Below, piece after piece: positions 1 through 15,849 of a stretch of 64,000 nt of DNA; within the stretch, counting starts at the first letter, position 1; the number at the start of each line of letters is the position of its first letter. The translations under genes and the position numbers were made by a program. Source of the stretch: Gnetum montanum. Taxonomy: Eukaryota > Plantae > Gnetophyta. The notes beneath the pieces were generated by a model, which did not search any database, had not been told where the DNA came from, and was given only the letters and a program-made list of their open reading frames with translations. Location of the stretch: positions 1 through 64,000 of the forward strand of contig MNCI01003059.1 of assembly GCA_015680685.1 (NCBI GenBank). Direction: 5' to 3'.

Positions 1-1205
1 CTTGGCCAACAAGTGTCATAGGAAAGAGCTTAAATTTTTGCCAACCGTTATCAATGTTGTTCCATACACAAGCATCGTAGAAGGCTTGTAAATGTTGTTG
101 CAGATCTAAGTCATAGCCTCCTAAGAAATTGGGAAAGTTGTTTAGATTGAGCCTAGGTAGGTGGCTCTCTTTACGATGTCTACGGGAGATTCAAATAGCC
201 TCTTGTATTTGTGTTAGGCTTGTAGTGGCCAGTAGGGGTTCATCCTCATCAAGTAAGTTATGTTTTTGTGCATTGGGATGATGCTACCTTCGTTTATGTT
301 TATAAGAAACCCCCACCTCGGATTGCATACTCCAATCTTCATTTTCATATAATTTGTTGGTTCTCCAATGAATTGCCTCACTAGATGTGGCATTATCGTA
401 GTCTTGTAGGAGAGGCATGGTTGTGAAATTGTGTGTGAATTTGTATGTAACTTTTTGTAATTATTTCTTCCTAAAAGATATATCATTAATTCCTATACAG
501 CAACCTTGTATGATATAACTAATCTAGATAACTAGCACCATCCCCAGCAACAGTGCCAATGATGAGTGGTGAGGTACCCCTACACTCAACCATACAAATA
601 CGAGCGTTTCACACATGATCTAGTCGAATTCCGTAGACGGACTAGTTGTGGTATCCGAACAGTTACTCGTAGATCACAGTTCACTGTCTTCCCACCTGGA
701 CTAGTATTAACTTTGTCATGTATGGTTTAGTCCAGAGTGAGGTGTATGATGTGTTTATACACTAATGCTACTCCTAGGTATGATGGTAAATAATATAGAC
801 AAAACTAAGAGAGAGAGAGAGAGAGAGAATCTACCTAGCCTAAGTGCGATGAGCATCCGTTCCTTAATCATCCGTACACATCTTGGACCTTGTGCACAAC
901 TACCACTAGGATTACCAAACGCATGGCCTAGGTACGCTACTAGGCTACCAAGTAGTCACACTTAAATGCTCGTGATTAAGTCGTACTCATTCCACATTAC
1001 TATGAGATAAGGGTGAAGAGATATTAACTAAGAAAGCAGTAAATAACAATTAAATAAATAATTAAGCTAAGTGGATGCTGCAATGATGAAGTAATCTCGA
1101 TCTTTATTGCTGGTCATGTGCGTGTCCAAGTACGTCACACTCGAATAAGGATGTCGTACAATTACAATCACCACACTGCAGGCATGCACTAGGAGAAANC
1201 CATCA
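1..1205 (-). mobile_element. 5' part of an Athila-type LTR retrotransposon (decayed gag, PBS, 5' LTR 560-1205 containing an N); element continues beyond window start
   Basis: 1-~400 aligns with gag of the copies at 36400-37100 and 53608-54609 (GYDLDLQQHLQAF). PBS TGGCACTGTTGCTGGGGA on minus strand at 541-558. LTR begins TGATGAGTGG at 560 and ends CCATCA at 1205, with an N at 1199 where ~200 bp appear to be missing. Confidence 0.85.
809..828. repeat. (GA)n microsatellite inside LTR
   Basis: Direct GA dinucleotide run. Confidence 0.9.
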
Positions 1206-1590
1206 ACAAGTATAATCATCTTGTAACCTAGTAGTGACTTTGCTTGATTTGCTTAATAGCAAGTCACTTGGTAATACCAGTAGTAGTTTTAGTTGCTCAA
1301 GGAATGTAGAATAAATCAAGACTAGATACTTATCGTCGTTAGGCTAGTTTAGTATTTCATTTCCATTGTCCCTTGGTTAATAGACTTTACATTGATTTTA
1401 CCATGTTTGACTTTATTAATACTTTAGCTAATCAACATCATTCAATCATATGCCTTACCAAGAGTTAAACCATACATCATGATTTCCCCTAATTTTGGTG
1501 ATAAGACAATGATCATCAACTTACTATCAATACAATAATGTGCATATTGTTTCATCTATGGATTACAATTTAGTCGTGTGCATACACTTG
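1206..1590 (+). mobile_element. Old fragment of the same Athila-type LTR in opposite orientation (probable insertion target of the 1-1205 element)
   Basis: Colinear, degenerate similarity to 15200-15580 and to the 3' half of the LTR at 52653-53484 (e.g. catcattcaatcatatgccttac, gataagacaatg, agtcgtgtgcatacac). Confidence 0.55.
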
Positions 1591-4585
1591 GGCATTGAAA
1601 GCTTTTTTAAATTTCTTATTTTTTAATATAGTAAAGTTGTTGTTCCCTCCCAACAAAAAAATAAATAGAGTACTTTTCATAATTTTAGATTATAATTTCT
1701 TAAAAAGTTCCAACTCTTATACGGACTCTTTGACAGGTGATTTGCCTACTAGCCGACTTTACTGTACAAAGACATCGACTAAGTGGAGAGAACTGGAGAG
1801 TACTACTGGCATTTGCTTCATGAGGCTAGCCTGGGTGACCTGCAGTGGAGTAGAGTTAGGTATGTGAACTCAACCTAGACGACCTGAGGAAACCTACAAA
1901 CCTGATTGATCAAGGTATGTGGCTTGCATCCTTCAAGCTATAATTTCAACTTATGTCTCCCGATAAGCTGTTTATAAAGTAACCAGCATTACGGTAAAAA
2001 AATGGCTGAAACTAAACTAAAAAGATGCGAAAGCAAGAGGAGAAAGGTCTGTGGAGATAGCATTAAAACAATAATTGTATGGTAGTATAATATGGAAATA
2101 TGCTTCGTGGTCGTGAAAATGATACAAAATGATATAAGCGAGGATGCCCGAATTCAAACGGTGAGCTGGAACAGTAGAATGATGATTTAATACAGAATAA
2201 TTTGGGATCTGGCAAACATCTCCTCTCAGAGGAAACTGATGAGTTTTAAAGACGGTAAGAAATTCGAAAATCCTGTCGCATGTTAGTGCCACAAAGAAGG
2301 CTGTGAATTATCTTGGTCAGAGAGTTACAGGAATACGATGACAGTGAATTATAATACTTGCCTGATATTATGCTCAAGCTCAAACTTCTGGAATAACAGG
2401 GATAATGACAGAGAAATCCATTGCATCCTACATTGGATGTGCCATGCCATGTAGGTTGAGGTTGATTGGGATTGCCTCGTTCATGGTATGGAATCGAATA
2501 AGTGAATAACGTATGGAGTTTGCCTTAGCATCCTCATTAAAGTTTTGAAAACTGTCAGATTCCCTCCGAGGAAGTCATTATCATTTCAAAGACCAATAGC
2601 AAAACTGAAGAGCTTCAACTTTTTGCATCCTATACTTTGATGCTCAACCAAGCTCACGGGCTTGTTATTGTTCTGCACTCGCCACGCTGTATTAGAAATA
2701 ACAGTCCGAGAGTAAAAACAAAGAATTGTCTTGTAGAAGGTGGCCCAGACTCTCAAACGTCCAAAATAAGAGGCCGGTCCGGCTACGCTGCACCTATGCA
2801 GCCCTTCTCCTGTTATTGTTGTGTCAGTGTCTGCCAGGAAATTCGTTGCAGACCAGAGAATGTCCACTTTCTATGGTGTAGCTACTCTGTTTCCCCGATG
2901 TGTATGGTTGGTTTCCATCCATACAGTTCTGCAAAGTCAAAAAGAAACACCAGTAAACAAAAAACAAAACTAAAAAATTTATCAACGGATCTTTTCAGGG
3001 CCTCACGTGAAGAGAAACTTCGACAAAAGAAGCCAACCACAGAGGAGGGGATTGGGGTTTCATGGTTCACATGATATTTGTTCAAGGAAAATTAGATACG
3101 ACAGAAGTCACATGCCTCGTATCTGGTTCAGGGTTTTGGGCTTCCGTTTTTGGCCACCATTATTGTGTATTCATTTGTCAAACAAGTTGCATTCTAAAGT
3201 GCAGTCTGTTCATGAATTAGAATGGAACAGAAATTACAGCGTCGTTATGACGAGAAATAATAATGCAGTTGGTCTTCTCGTCTGTGAACATTGGCAAATA
3301 GCATTGGCATCTCGTGATTGACAAGTCGCCATCACGGTGGAATTTGCAGACGAATGAGGTATCCAAGGAGGAGGGATATCTGGACTCTGTATATTGGGAA
3401 CAAGAATGCACCATAAACCATCAGTTTGCCCGTGAAATGTATTTTCTCATTAAAATGCATCTACAGGTAGCGCATAGCAGTAATAATATTATCATAATAA
3501 TCACGTTTGTTGGAATTCTGGATATTTACCTGTTTGCATAGTTTGCATGGCAAACGTGCATGAACAAAAAAGAATATATTTAAAACTAGTCGGAGCGAAT
3601 GGAGACTTATTGCCGGTTGATATATCCGAACAAAGGAGCCTTCAAAAGCTCAGATTATGTGACGAATAACGATAATTTGTTTAGTGAACTCGGTCGCCCG
3701 AGCCCGCGTCAACATGTAGGAGTACAAAGCAACACTTACTGTTGAAGCTTACGATTAGACCAGAGTTGAAACTTTGGAATGAACTTCCTAATTTGTGGGC
3801 TTCGACCTGACCTGTACCTTGTTACAGTACCTTAGAATAAGGTAATCATTATTATTCTAGCTTTGATCCAATAAAATGGGGTCGATTCTTGCCATTCTAT
3901 TCTACCTCTATGAAGAGCTAGAATAAGTTAATCAAAACAAAATAAACTTTTATTTAAAAAATAAATTCAGCCAAGTGCATTCCATGAAAAATTACTGCAA
4001 CTAAATAAGATGGTATGGAGTAATAATAGTATAAATATAGCTTCAAGCAAGTTGAAAAGATTGTTGAAGATGATGATGTTACTAAATAAAAGTTCTTCAT
4101 ACTCATGTTGATTAGGTAGTATCTACCCTAATGTGTAGGTTAGGATTGTGTAACTAGCATAGATGTCCTAAATTTTTAAAAAAAAATTAAAAAAGAAAAA
4201 CCTTATAATGGAATGAAAATGCTTAATTATATCCTTGTGAGATCACAAAGGGTCTATACCACAATAACTTTTTATGACAAAGCTTTGATATGGTCATGAT
4301 GAGTCTTGAACACCTCATCAAGTAAAAATATTTGAAAAATGAATCCAAGAATATTTGAAAAAATACACCCAAGATACATATTTAAATTAGAAATTTATAA
4401 CTCAACATTACCTACCAAAATTAAACCCATAACTGCGAACTTGGAAATCAAGAGTCTTATGACTAGGCTAACATAATAATACCATAAACATAATTTGAAC
4501 TTGCAACTTATTACGTACAAAGGAACAAGCTTACCATTTGATAAATGCTCTAATTAGACCTTACTATTAATAAAGGGGATGGGAG

Positions 4586-5170
4586 ATGTCAAAACCCAAA
4601 ATAATTTGACTATAGATACATTCCAAAACATATACTCAACATGATATATAAGATGAATTATAATAGAATATAACAATGCCTTAAGTGTGACTCAAACAAG
4701 CAATCTCTTGCCTAACAAGATAATGAGTTTAATGAGTTAACTACTTGAGCTACCTATCGCTAACTACCTTGTTATGAATAAAGAAAGGGTGTTGGAAACT
4801 CAAATCATATAACTATAGCTATATCCCAAGACATATAGTCAACAAAATATATTAGAAGAATTATAGAGGAATAATAATGATGCCTCTAATGTATCTCAAA
4901 TTAGTAGCCTCTTGCCTAACAAGACAATGAGCTAACAAGTTAACCCACCTTCCACTAGCACCTTGATATGAATAAATGGAGTATCAAAACCTAAAATAAT
5001 TTGACTATATGTACATCTCAAGACATATAGTTAAAATGATATATTAAAAGAAATATAGAGAAATATAATGATACATAACTGTGGCTTAAATTAGCAATGT
5101 TTTACCTAATATGATAATGAGCTAGCCACTTGATCCACCTATCATTAACTTGCTTAGCATGAACAAAGAC
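4586..5170. repeat. Three diverged ~195-bp tandem units of a dispersed repeat family (relatives near 6720-6885 and, inverted, 7100-7300)
   Basis: Recurring tgtcaaaacccaaaataatttgactatag...cccaagacatatagtcaac...ttagaagaattatagag...ttgcctaacaagacaatgagc at ~4587, ~4790 and ~4982. Confidence 0.7.
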
Positions 5171-8100
5171 ATACAACTTGCATCCTCAACATTGCATTTT
5201 TTCTTTTAATAAATTATGGTAATATATATAATGTTGTTTTAATGGCCATCAATAAAATAGTCAAAGTTTTACATCCAAAATAAATTTAGTAAAAAAAGTA
5301 AATTTAAAAATAAAGAACTTTATCATTATGATTATCACTATTAACAAGGTATGATAGAGTTTGTTGGTAAGGGCTTTCTATAGGTACATTTCATACTAAA
5401 AATTTTAATATGTTAAATTTATTTTATACATCATAAATTCCTATTCTAAACTTTCTAGATCATCATCATGGTATCTTTATCCTAATAACATAGCCAATCC
5501 ATTAAAGTTGATGAAGGATTTGACATAATTATCTACATTGAGCTATCCACTTTTATCTCAAGGATTTTTCCTTTTTGATTTTTCTTTAGTAGGGTGTCAA
5601 AACTAAAAGTAGTGATAAACCCATGTCCTTTAATTTGATAATTATCACAATTTTTTCTCCTTGTTATAGCTCCCTTTTGCTAAGAAATAGGTTACATGTG
5701 AAAAGCTAGAAGCATTAACTAATTTTTAAAATTCAAGGAAGAAACCTTAGGATGGTCTTTCCATTAAAATATTATGCAAAATAAGGGATGGAAGCTCAAA
5801 CAAAACATGTTTTATTAAGAAATAAATTAAAAGTATTTGATGGATAGATGTACTAAAAAATGGCTCCAAAAATCTAGTAAAACTTGTTTTTTTTTTAAAT
5901 GTAAAATAGACCAAAACAATATTGGCCTCAAGTGTTTTAATATGGCCCTTATCAAATTTTATTAATAGGTAGCCTTGATTTCTCTTTTCTAACATCAAAA
6001 AACCATTTTGAAGCATTAACCAAATTGAAGCATAAATCATTTCCACATTGAAGGATCAAATATTTTTCAAATTAAAGCATTATTGAAGCACAAGAAACAC
6101 AAAATATACAAATTTATTAATGAACCACATCACATACATGTAAGATATACTTTTAAATTTTGAAATAAATTAATATTATTGTAGTAGAGTTTGAGATAAC
6201 ATTAAAGTTTGAGATTTTTCAAAGTTGTGGAACCTTTGAACCTCAAAAAAATCAAGTTTCTTGACAAGACTACGAGTTGTCATAGTGACACATTATCATT
6301 TTTTGTTAATTGCAAGTCATTATTTCTCTAGGAACTTAACATATTTGAATACCATAAGTCAGGATTAACTTGTGATTAAAAGAAAACAAATAATGCTAAT
6401 TGTGATTTTATGAAAGATTGATAAGTTATGTCACAACCTCCATTGCTAGCTAAGTTCCAATTGCAAGTTTACTAGAAATCTTCACTATGGCCCACTCAAC
6501 TCATAGTCTACTAAATTTTGAAATTAAGAAAAAAGGAAGAAGATTTCAAGCTTCTAAATTCATTAATTAATAATGTGTTGTACAATGTTAACACTTTTTC
6601 AATTTTCTTTTGTTTAATTATAGTATTTAGAGGTGGTTTCAACCTCAAGTTTAATATTTAAGGCTAGCTTTGGTAAGAAGGTGATATGCCCTAACTCCAC
6701 GAGCTTTAAGGAACGTGGGAATTTGAAATAATGACAATAGATACTAGGCATGACATATAGGCAACAAAATACATTAGAAGAATTATAGAGTAGTATAGGC
6801 ATGACATATAGTGTAACTCAAACTAGTAACCTATTAACTAACAAGACAATGAGCTAAACACTTGAGTCACCTATCACTAACTAACTATGCAAAAGTTTTC
6901 TAATGAGGTGTTAGCTTACTGGTAAAAGTTTTGGCTTGGTAAGAACTAGAGAGCTCTACTGGCTAGTACTAAGTTATAAATTTAAAAAAATCATAAAAGA
7001 AATTTGAAATTGGTCTAATAAATCTAAGAAGTCTATCAATAGATGTAAATAAAATAGTTCAATTTAGTTTCAACTAACGCAACTAATGTTACTTAGAGCC
7101 AATGATAGGTGGCTTAAGTAGTTAACTCATTGTCTTGTTAGTTCAAATGTCATTATATTCCTTTATAATTACTCCTAATGTAAGATGTTGATAGTTTGAG
7201 TTGCACTTTAGACATCACTACATTCTTTTATAATTATTCTTAATGTATAATGTTGCCTCTTGGGTATATTGATAGTCAAACTATTTATGTTCAATACCCC
7301 TCCCTAAAAAAGGGGAAAAACAACTTTTGATAGCAACACATTATTCTATTTAAAGAAAGTATCATGAAAAGTTTATGTTAGCTATATCTTAGGATATATG
7401 CAATCATCTAGTTCTAGTTTCAAGACCACTAACATAATTTAATAACCTAAGGTTTCCTATCATATATTATGCTCACACAAGCTTAAAGAATTATATTTCA
7501 TTGGTTAAAAGTGATCACTTGCCATTTACATGCTTTCATGGTTTGATTTTAGTAAGCTATACTTTGTTGTTTTTGAACCACTAATGAAAAAATATTATTA
7601 GGTGTAACATTATTTGTTACATTAAGATGTCTGGTTTGTGGTTCGATTCCAGTAAGCTACCGCAGAAACACAATAGCATTATGGAAAAAAAAAATACTAA
7701 CACTGAAGTAGTCGACAGAATGCAAGAGAACTCGTAATTCAAAATAGTTTTAGTTTCCATTTTATCAATTATATAAGGCATGTGTTGTGCAAATAACCGT
7801 TTTGACTCCAATACTCTATCGATGTACCGGTATTATGCAGAAACTGTTGAAACTGTATTGTTTCTGTTCAACTGTAGCTATTGTGACTCTCATAATGGAA
7901 GATTGCAGTAAGTCATGTAACCGTTTATATCATACTTTTCTAGGTCGGCCACAAATCATGGACTTAATGGTTTAATGGTTAGTGGCCGGGTCATAAATTT
8001 CGTGGACCTGAGTTGAGTGGGCACCACTTTTACAATAAACTTAGAAAAAAATCAAATCAATAGATTTAGGTATCATTGTTAAGACGTTTAAAGATAACTT

Positions 8101-10321
8101 GGCCCAATATATCATGATTCTTAAAAGATGTCAATCCAACATATTTCTCAACTATCTCAACACTGGTTTATATTGAGCTCAAAACAAGGAAATAGTAGGC
8201 TGTGGAGCGTTTCAAATTCTCACGACATACTGGGGAAGGAATGGCGTGCTGCAACCTAAATTGCGGAGACTTGCGTGGTTCAATTTACTTGGAAAACCAG
8301 AAACGTACGAACTCTGTTACATGTGCTACTTCTAGTGTTGGTAGTGGGTTCCTATTCTGATCGACTTGTTCTTCACAAACCATACTTAACCTACCCATCC
8401 GCCATTAGAGAACCTACCTCAGTTTTTACGCATATTTCATGGCGGTAAGTTCGTTCTTTTTGTTGCCTCTCAGCCCAACATTCGTTTCACTCTTATCTCT
8501 ATCGTAGACTATGTATCAGCCATGATTCTAAGCCGGGCCACGAAACCATGGATCTGGGTTTTTCATTTCATGCACATGCACGCCAAATAGCCACACTGGT
8601 ACTGGTTTTCAAACGCTTCTGTTAAGGAATCACCCATGTCTCCAACTGTATCACTCGTAATCATATGTTGTCTCTTTTGCCACCTCAGAGATCATACCGA
8701 ATTTTCTTTACTGTGAGCAGTTCGATGCGAATAAAGAAATGGTTGAGATGATAAGATCCACCGGGAAGGTGAGGGAGGCTCCCTTTTCTTTTCACAGTAG
8801 TGGGGGCACACAGCTCTTTTTAATCCGAAAAGCAAATTCCTGAAAACAGAAAGAAGTAAGCCAACAACAACAACAAAATCAAGCAGTGTTCTGTTCTCAA
8901 TTTAAGCAATGATTCAAGGTCGCCCGTTATCATGGTTTGGGGTCAGTCCGGGTAGCTTTAACTGTTCCCGTAATACCATCCAAGCAAAATGCTTCATCCC
9001 GTAATATGAGGCTTTTCAGATTTAATGGAGAGCCTAGACGCAGCTAAAAATCCTTTCTTGGAATTTTCAAAAGAGGACGCACTGGTCAAAAGTGGCCCTG
9101 CGTTTTATCTGCAACTGGCGCGCTTTGCTTCTTCTGTACGTACTTCACGGGGCGGCCCTGCCAAGTTTTTCTTGACGCAACTTGGATTTACATCCACTCA
9201 CTGAAAACCAGACTTTCTGTGTTAAATATATTAAAATAAGTGCCATTTGGAATGTAAGATAATATAATATCCTTTGGAAATACTGCAAGTGCGGCGTTTT
9301 TGCACTCTGCGAATCCAAATCAGGTTTCAAAATGGATCCACGACAGTGAGGAAAAGTTAGCGTGCTTGTGCGTAGTTCATGTGAAAAAATGAGTGCGCCG
9401 TTCCGAAAATTAAGTGGCGGGAAAAGAGGGGTAATACGGATGTGTTCTGCATTTCTACCATAGGTCCCACGGCGAGCAGGTTTTTTATTTTTTTAAAAAA
9501 AGGAGATATGGCCACTAGTTACGAGAAATTGTTAGAATATGTATCAAAATTTCAAGCCGTTCCATGCCCAAATTCCAAAAACGAAAATCCAAATTTTCGA
9601 TTGTTTGTTTTGACAGCCGCAGACAGTGTCCCGAAATTCCGGTAACAGAACACAAGTTTCAAATGTTTTTTTTTTTTTATCCTTTTTGCAAGTAATGCAT
9701 CACTTCGCGACTTCGCCTACGATAATGGAGAACAAATTTTTTTTATTTTTGTTTTGAATGTCGCGGGTACTGGCACGGTGGCACCCAATTTCCCATAACA
9801 GAACACAATTTTCATTTTTTTTCGGTTGTGTAAGCGGTGGATGCCTTCCGGAAGCACAAATTTTTGGATCAGGTGGCTAGCGATGCGGTAACCCAAAAAC
9901 AGATAGAGATCAAACAAAAGTTTTTCCATAGTGCCGTGGAATTTCATGATTCTGTTCACAAAAAAGAAAACAAAAATCCTTTCCTTGTTCCACAATTTTG
10001 TTGTAAATCCCAAATCCCACAATTTTGTTGTAAATCCCAAATCCCAGAAAGGCGTCATCAACAATTCCAAGATAAAGACGCATCCATGGAACAAAACTCC
10101 TGTAATTTCAAGAGCAGGGGTCCCGCAATTGTCGCGCAGAGCACAATGTCCAAAGGCGGGACATTGGAGCCTCGGAACAACGCTCCCCTGCCTGGTTTCC
10201 TAGGCTCCCTTCCCTTGATCCACGCCGCAGAATCGCCGGAGCAAATGACAGGGACTTTTACGATAAATTGCAGCATAATTCCTTGAAATTCTCCAGCGCT
10301 GGCGTCCATGCCATCCACGCC

Positions 10322-10328
10322 TATATAA
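10322..10328 (+). promoter_or_regulatory. TATA box of the GH9 gene
   Basis: cTATATAAgc ~140 bp upstream of the ATG, followed by a CT-rich tract (10356-10388) typical of plant 5' UTRs. Confidence 0.7.
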
Positions 10329-10439
10329 GCTCACCACTCAGACCCACAAGAACCATCTCTCTCGCTCTCTCTTTCTCTGTATCTTTCCGTTAAACAGTTA
10401 GTTATCTCTTCGACGTTCTCCGAGATAAAGAAAAGTTAG

Positions 10440-12832
<2,393 letters not shown>

Positions 12833-14454
12833 AATCACAATCTTTTGTAGCTTAAAGTTCTTCTGACTGTGTTTGTTTTTGTTAGTTGCTCTGTTTGTGT
12901 TTCTCGTCAGTGGCTTTGTAGTGTCCCCAGTCGCCCTCCTGCAAAAGCAGGTAGTGACGGAGAATTATGTTTTGTTTTGTTCTCTTCCTGTTACCAACTG
13001 GTAATCTTACTGCTAGTTAACATATTATGTGCTACTGCAGAGCATCGTACCTTCTTCTCGTATAATTTGGTTTATTGCTTCTCGAATAATCTTCTGTCAA
13101 TTTATTCCACTGAGTATCACAAAACCGTAACTGTTATTCAATTAAAAGTGGAGTAAATCCAAACATGGGGTCTCAATCTAAATCGGTAATGAGGTTCCCC
13201 TGTTCCTCGGATTCCAAATACAGTGCTACCCGGAAACGAAATGATGCAAATTACCGAGGCAGGGGTAATCATATGAATGCCCCACATTTCTTTGCAGGCG
13301 GTCACTTTCCCTGTGTGTATGCGGTGGGAGCTTGGAAGGGATATTCTATTCCAACAACCGAGGAGGAGGAAAATCGGGAATGGCGAAGAACTTTGAGTGT
13401 GGAACCATGACAAGTAGGACCAGTGCAAAAAGAAAATTCCAAGTGAATGCGACGTTGCCTTGAATCTAAAATTCTGAGAGGCTTTCAGTTTTGACATACA
13501 TGTCTTCTGCACTTTTACGCACATCACGGGAAATTGCCGCTGCGCCGGCCACGCTATCGAAAATTGCGGTTGGAACCACAACGCAACCAGAAAGAGACTC
13601 TTCTTTAGCCAACAAATTTTCTACACCACTTCTCTACACATATTTTATCCATTTCTAAAATAAAAAACAAGAACATGCAAAGAGTATGGCTGGCTTAATG
13701 CCTATTCGTCATCGGGCAACGTCACGCGGTTATTCATATTCAGCATGGAACATAAAAATGGATTTGAATTTCTTATGGGTGTGTGCCTAGACATTCTCTA
13801 TGTGGTTTTCATAGAAATCAAGAACATAGCTAAATGTTAAAAGCCTAAATTCCATCCTATTGAACATTGATTTACGTTATTGATTTCCCATTATTAATAA
13901 CATAGAATTTCGCGTGATATTATGTCATGAGCTTGAATCTCCCTTTTCCTAAAATCTCATGGGTTATTACTTAGATAAAGACTATAAATGTTGGATTGAT
14001 GATGAATATCTAAGTCAGATCTCTCTATCTTAAGATAATGATGATGAATATATATGTTGACAAAATAGCAAAAGTCGTCATCACGCCTCGCCCTGCCGCA
14101 AAGGACATTTTTGTCTTCCTCTCTCTGCCTTCTCCAACAAAACATATATTTTTATCAGGCCTGGCACAAAGTGCAGAGAAAGACAATAACGAAAACCATC
14201 GCAGGAACATTAAATCTCTATATTTTGAATTGTTTTACGTTAGAGTCACGATCAAATGCTTCCTGTTTGGCAATTTTGTTGTTATAGCTTTGTTCACATA
14301 AGCTTACCTTGGAATTTTGTATTCAAATTTTGTATTCAACTCTCAAGGGTGATTCAAGTAAAGGCAAAAACTTTAGGACTTTTGTTTTTAATATTTTATA
14401 TTATGGTTTTTATATCTTTTAAAATGTTTTGGGGGTATTGGAACATTAAATAAT

Positions 14455-14565
14455 TGTAATATAGGTATGCCCAAAGGTATATAGTCGAGTTAGACCTTTA
14501 TAACTTAGTATTGCTCACTAGAATCAAACCTTTTTAAGTCAAGAATCTTACCACTAGGCTAACAC
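14455..14565 (-). mobile_element. tRNA-derived SINE-like element (other copies ~4355-4480 -, ~6902-6990 +, ~38672-38805 +, ~50783-50880 +)
   Basis: Minus strand: A-box-like TAGCCTAGTGGT, B-box-like GGTTTGATTCT (GGGTTCGACTT in the 50783 copy), then shared body aat..taagttataaa..tctaa...ttggg..tacctatattacaatta. Confidence 0.5.
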
Positions 14566-14751
14566 AATAAAACAATGTAAGGAAGATACAGATTTGGATC
14601 TTACTCAAAATGAGGTAGTTACATAGCACAAACTTCTTATGAAAATTGTAATAGTGAGTTGTTTGGCAAACGATTTTGTCTTGTATATGGCTTGCTTGTT
14701 ATATTCAACTTCTTATCACTACGCATTTAAAATTTACCTTATTTTAAACAT

Positions 14752-15617
14752 TGATGAACCAACAATGTCATAACTTAGGATATAATATCTCCACCTACGA
14801 TGTTGTTGATATGATCTATCCATACCTAGTTATATCTATAAATACCAGCCACCTGTCATGCCAAAGAATAACTTTCAGTTCACCCTTATTGAAACCCTTT
14901 GCATTTTTTTTATTTTTTATTTTTGAAATCATAGTTAGTTGTAAGTACCCACAATGTGATCTCAAGTAGTTGTACAACATCTTTCTTTGACTAAAGTATA
15001 CCTAGACATGTCTCATGAACAACAATGAAGATCGAGACTATTTATGATCATTGCAGTATCTCACATAGCATACATTTATTTTTCGTATGTATTTTACTTT
15101 CACTTGTCATTTTACATTTTAATTATAATTTACATTTCCAATGTATGTTAGTATTTGGAAAAGTAAGTACAACTAATCTCGAGCATTAAATATAGTTATT
15201 TGGTAACCTAATGGTAATATTATTCGGTTCCCTCAGTAATGGTTTACTTGGCAATCCCAGTAACAACTGTATGAGCCCAAGATGTGAATAGAAGATTAGG
15301 AACTAATGCTTCTCACCATTAGACTAGATTACATTTTCTTTTCATTATATTCTAGTTATTTAGAATAAATATTTATCTTATAGTGTTATACTCTAGCTAC
15401 TTCATAGTCGAAAAACAACATCACATCTTATACTTACTATGAGCTAAAGCATACACTTTAACCACCACTAACTTTAGTAAGAGGACAATGATCAATGAGC
15501 CTCATATTAACTAGCCAGAGTCTATATTATCTTATTCACAAATTACAATTTGGTCATGCATGTACGTTTATGTGACTTATATGCTTGATGAGCATTAGGA
15601 ACTCTTGTTGCTCATCA
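14752..15617 (+). mobile_element. Old solo LTR of the Athila-type family, with 5-bp TSD AACAT
   Basis: TGATGA...CTCATCA termini, 866 bp, TATA-like ctataaata at ~14837, colinear with LTR 52653-53484. AACAT at 14747-14751 and 15618-15622. Confidence 0.8.
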
Positions 15618-15849
15618 AACATGCTTAAGATGAAAATTATAAAAAAAAAATGTACCTTTAAATATTCTATTTGTTGAGTCTTAAAATTCTCTCATAAAGT
15701 CATCATTTTTCTTTGGTTTTCAACACCACCTTTTGATATATTTAGCCATTGGAGATAAGTATTTTTTTCTAATAAAAACATATCTTCATATTTGAACAAT
15801 CACTCATTTATTTATTATTATTACTTATATTAACAACATGGGCTACCAC

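Noticed and set aside
1980-3800. Moderately GC-rich unique-looking region with several short overlapping ORFs
   Set aside because: No recognisable protein motifs or coherent exon structure; an unrecognised lncRNA or exon cannot be excluded.
9837-10286. 149-aa ORF upstream of GH9
   Set aside because: Non-ATG start, no recognisable motif, contains a 21-bp duplication, and lies in the promoter just before the TATA box.
13138-13581. 147-aa minus-strand ORF convergent with GH9, considered as the missing DUF2431 exon 3
   Set aside because: No DUF2431 C-terminal motifs or any other recognisable homology; non-ATG start.
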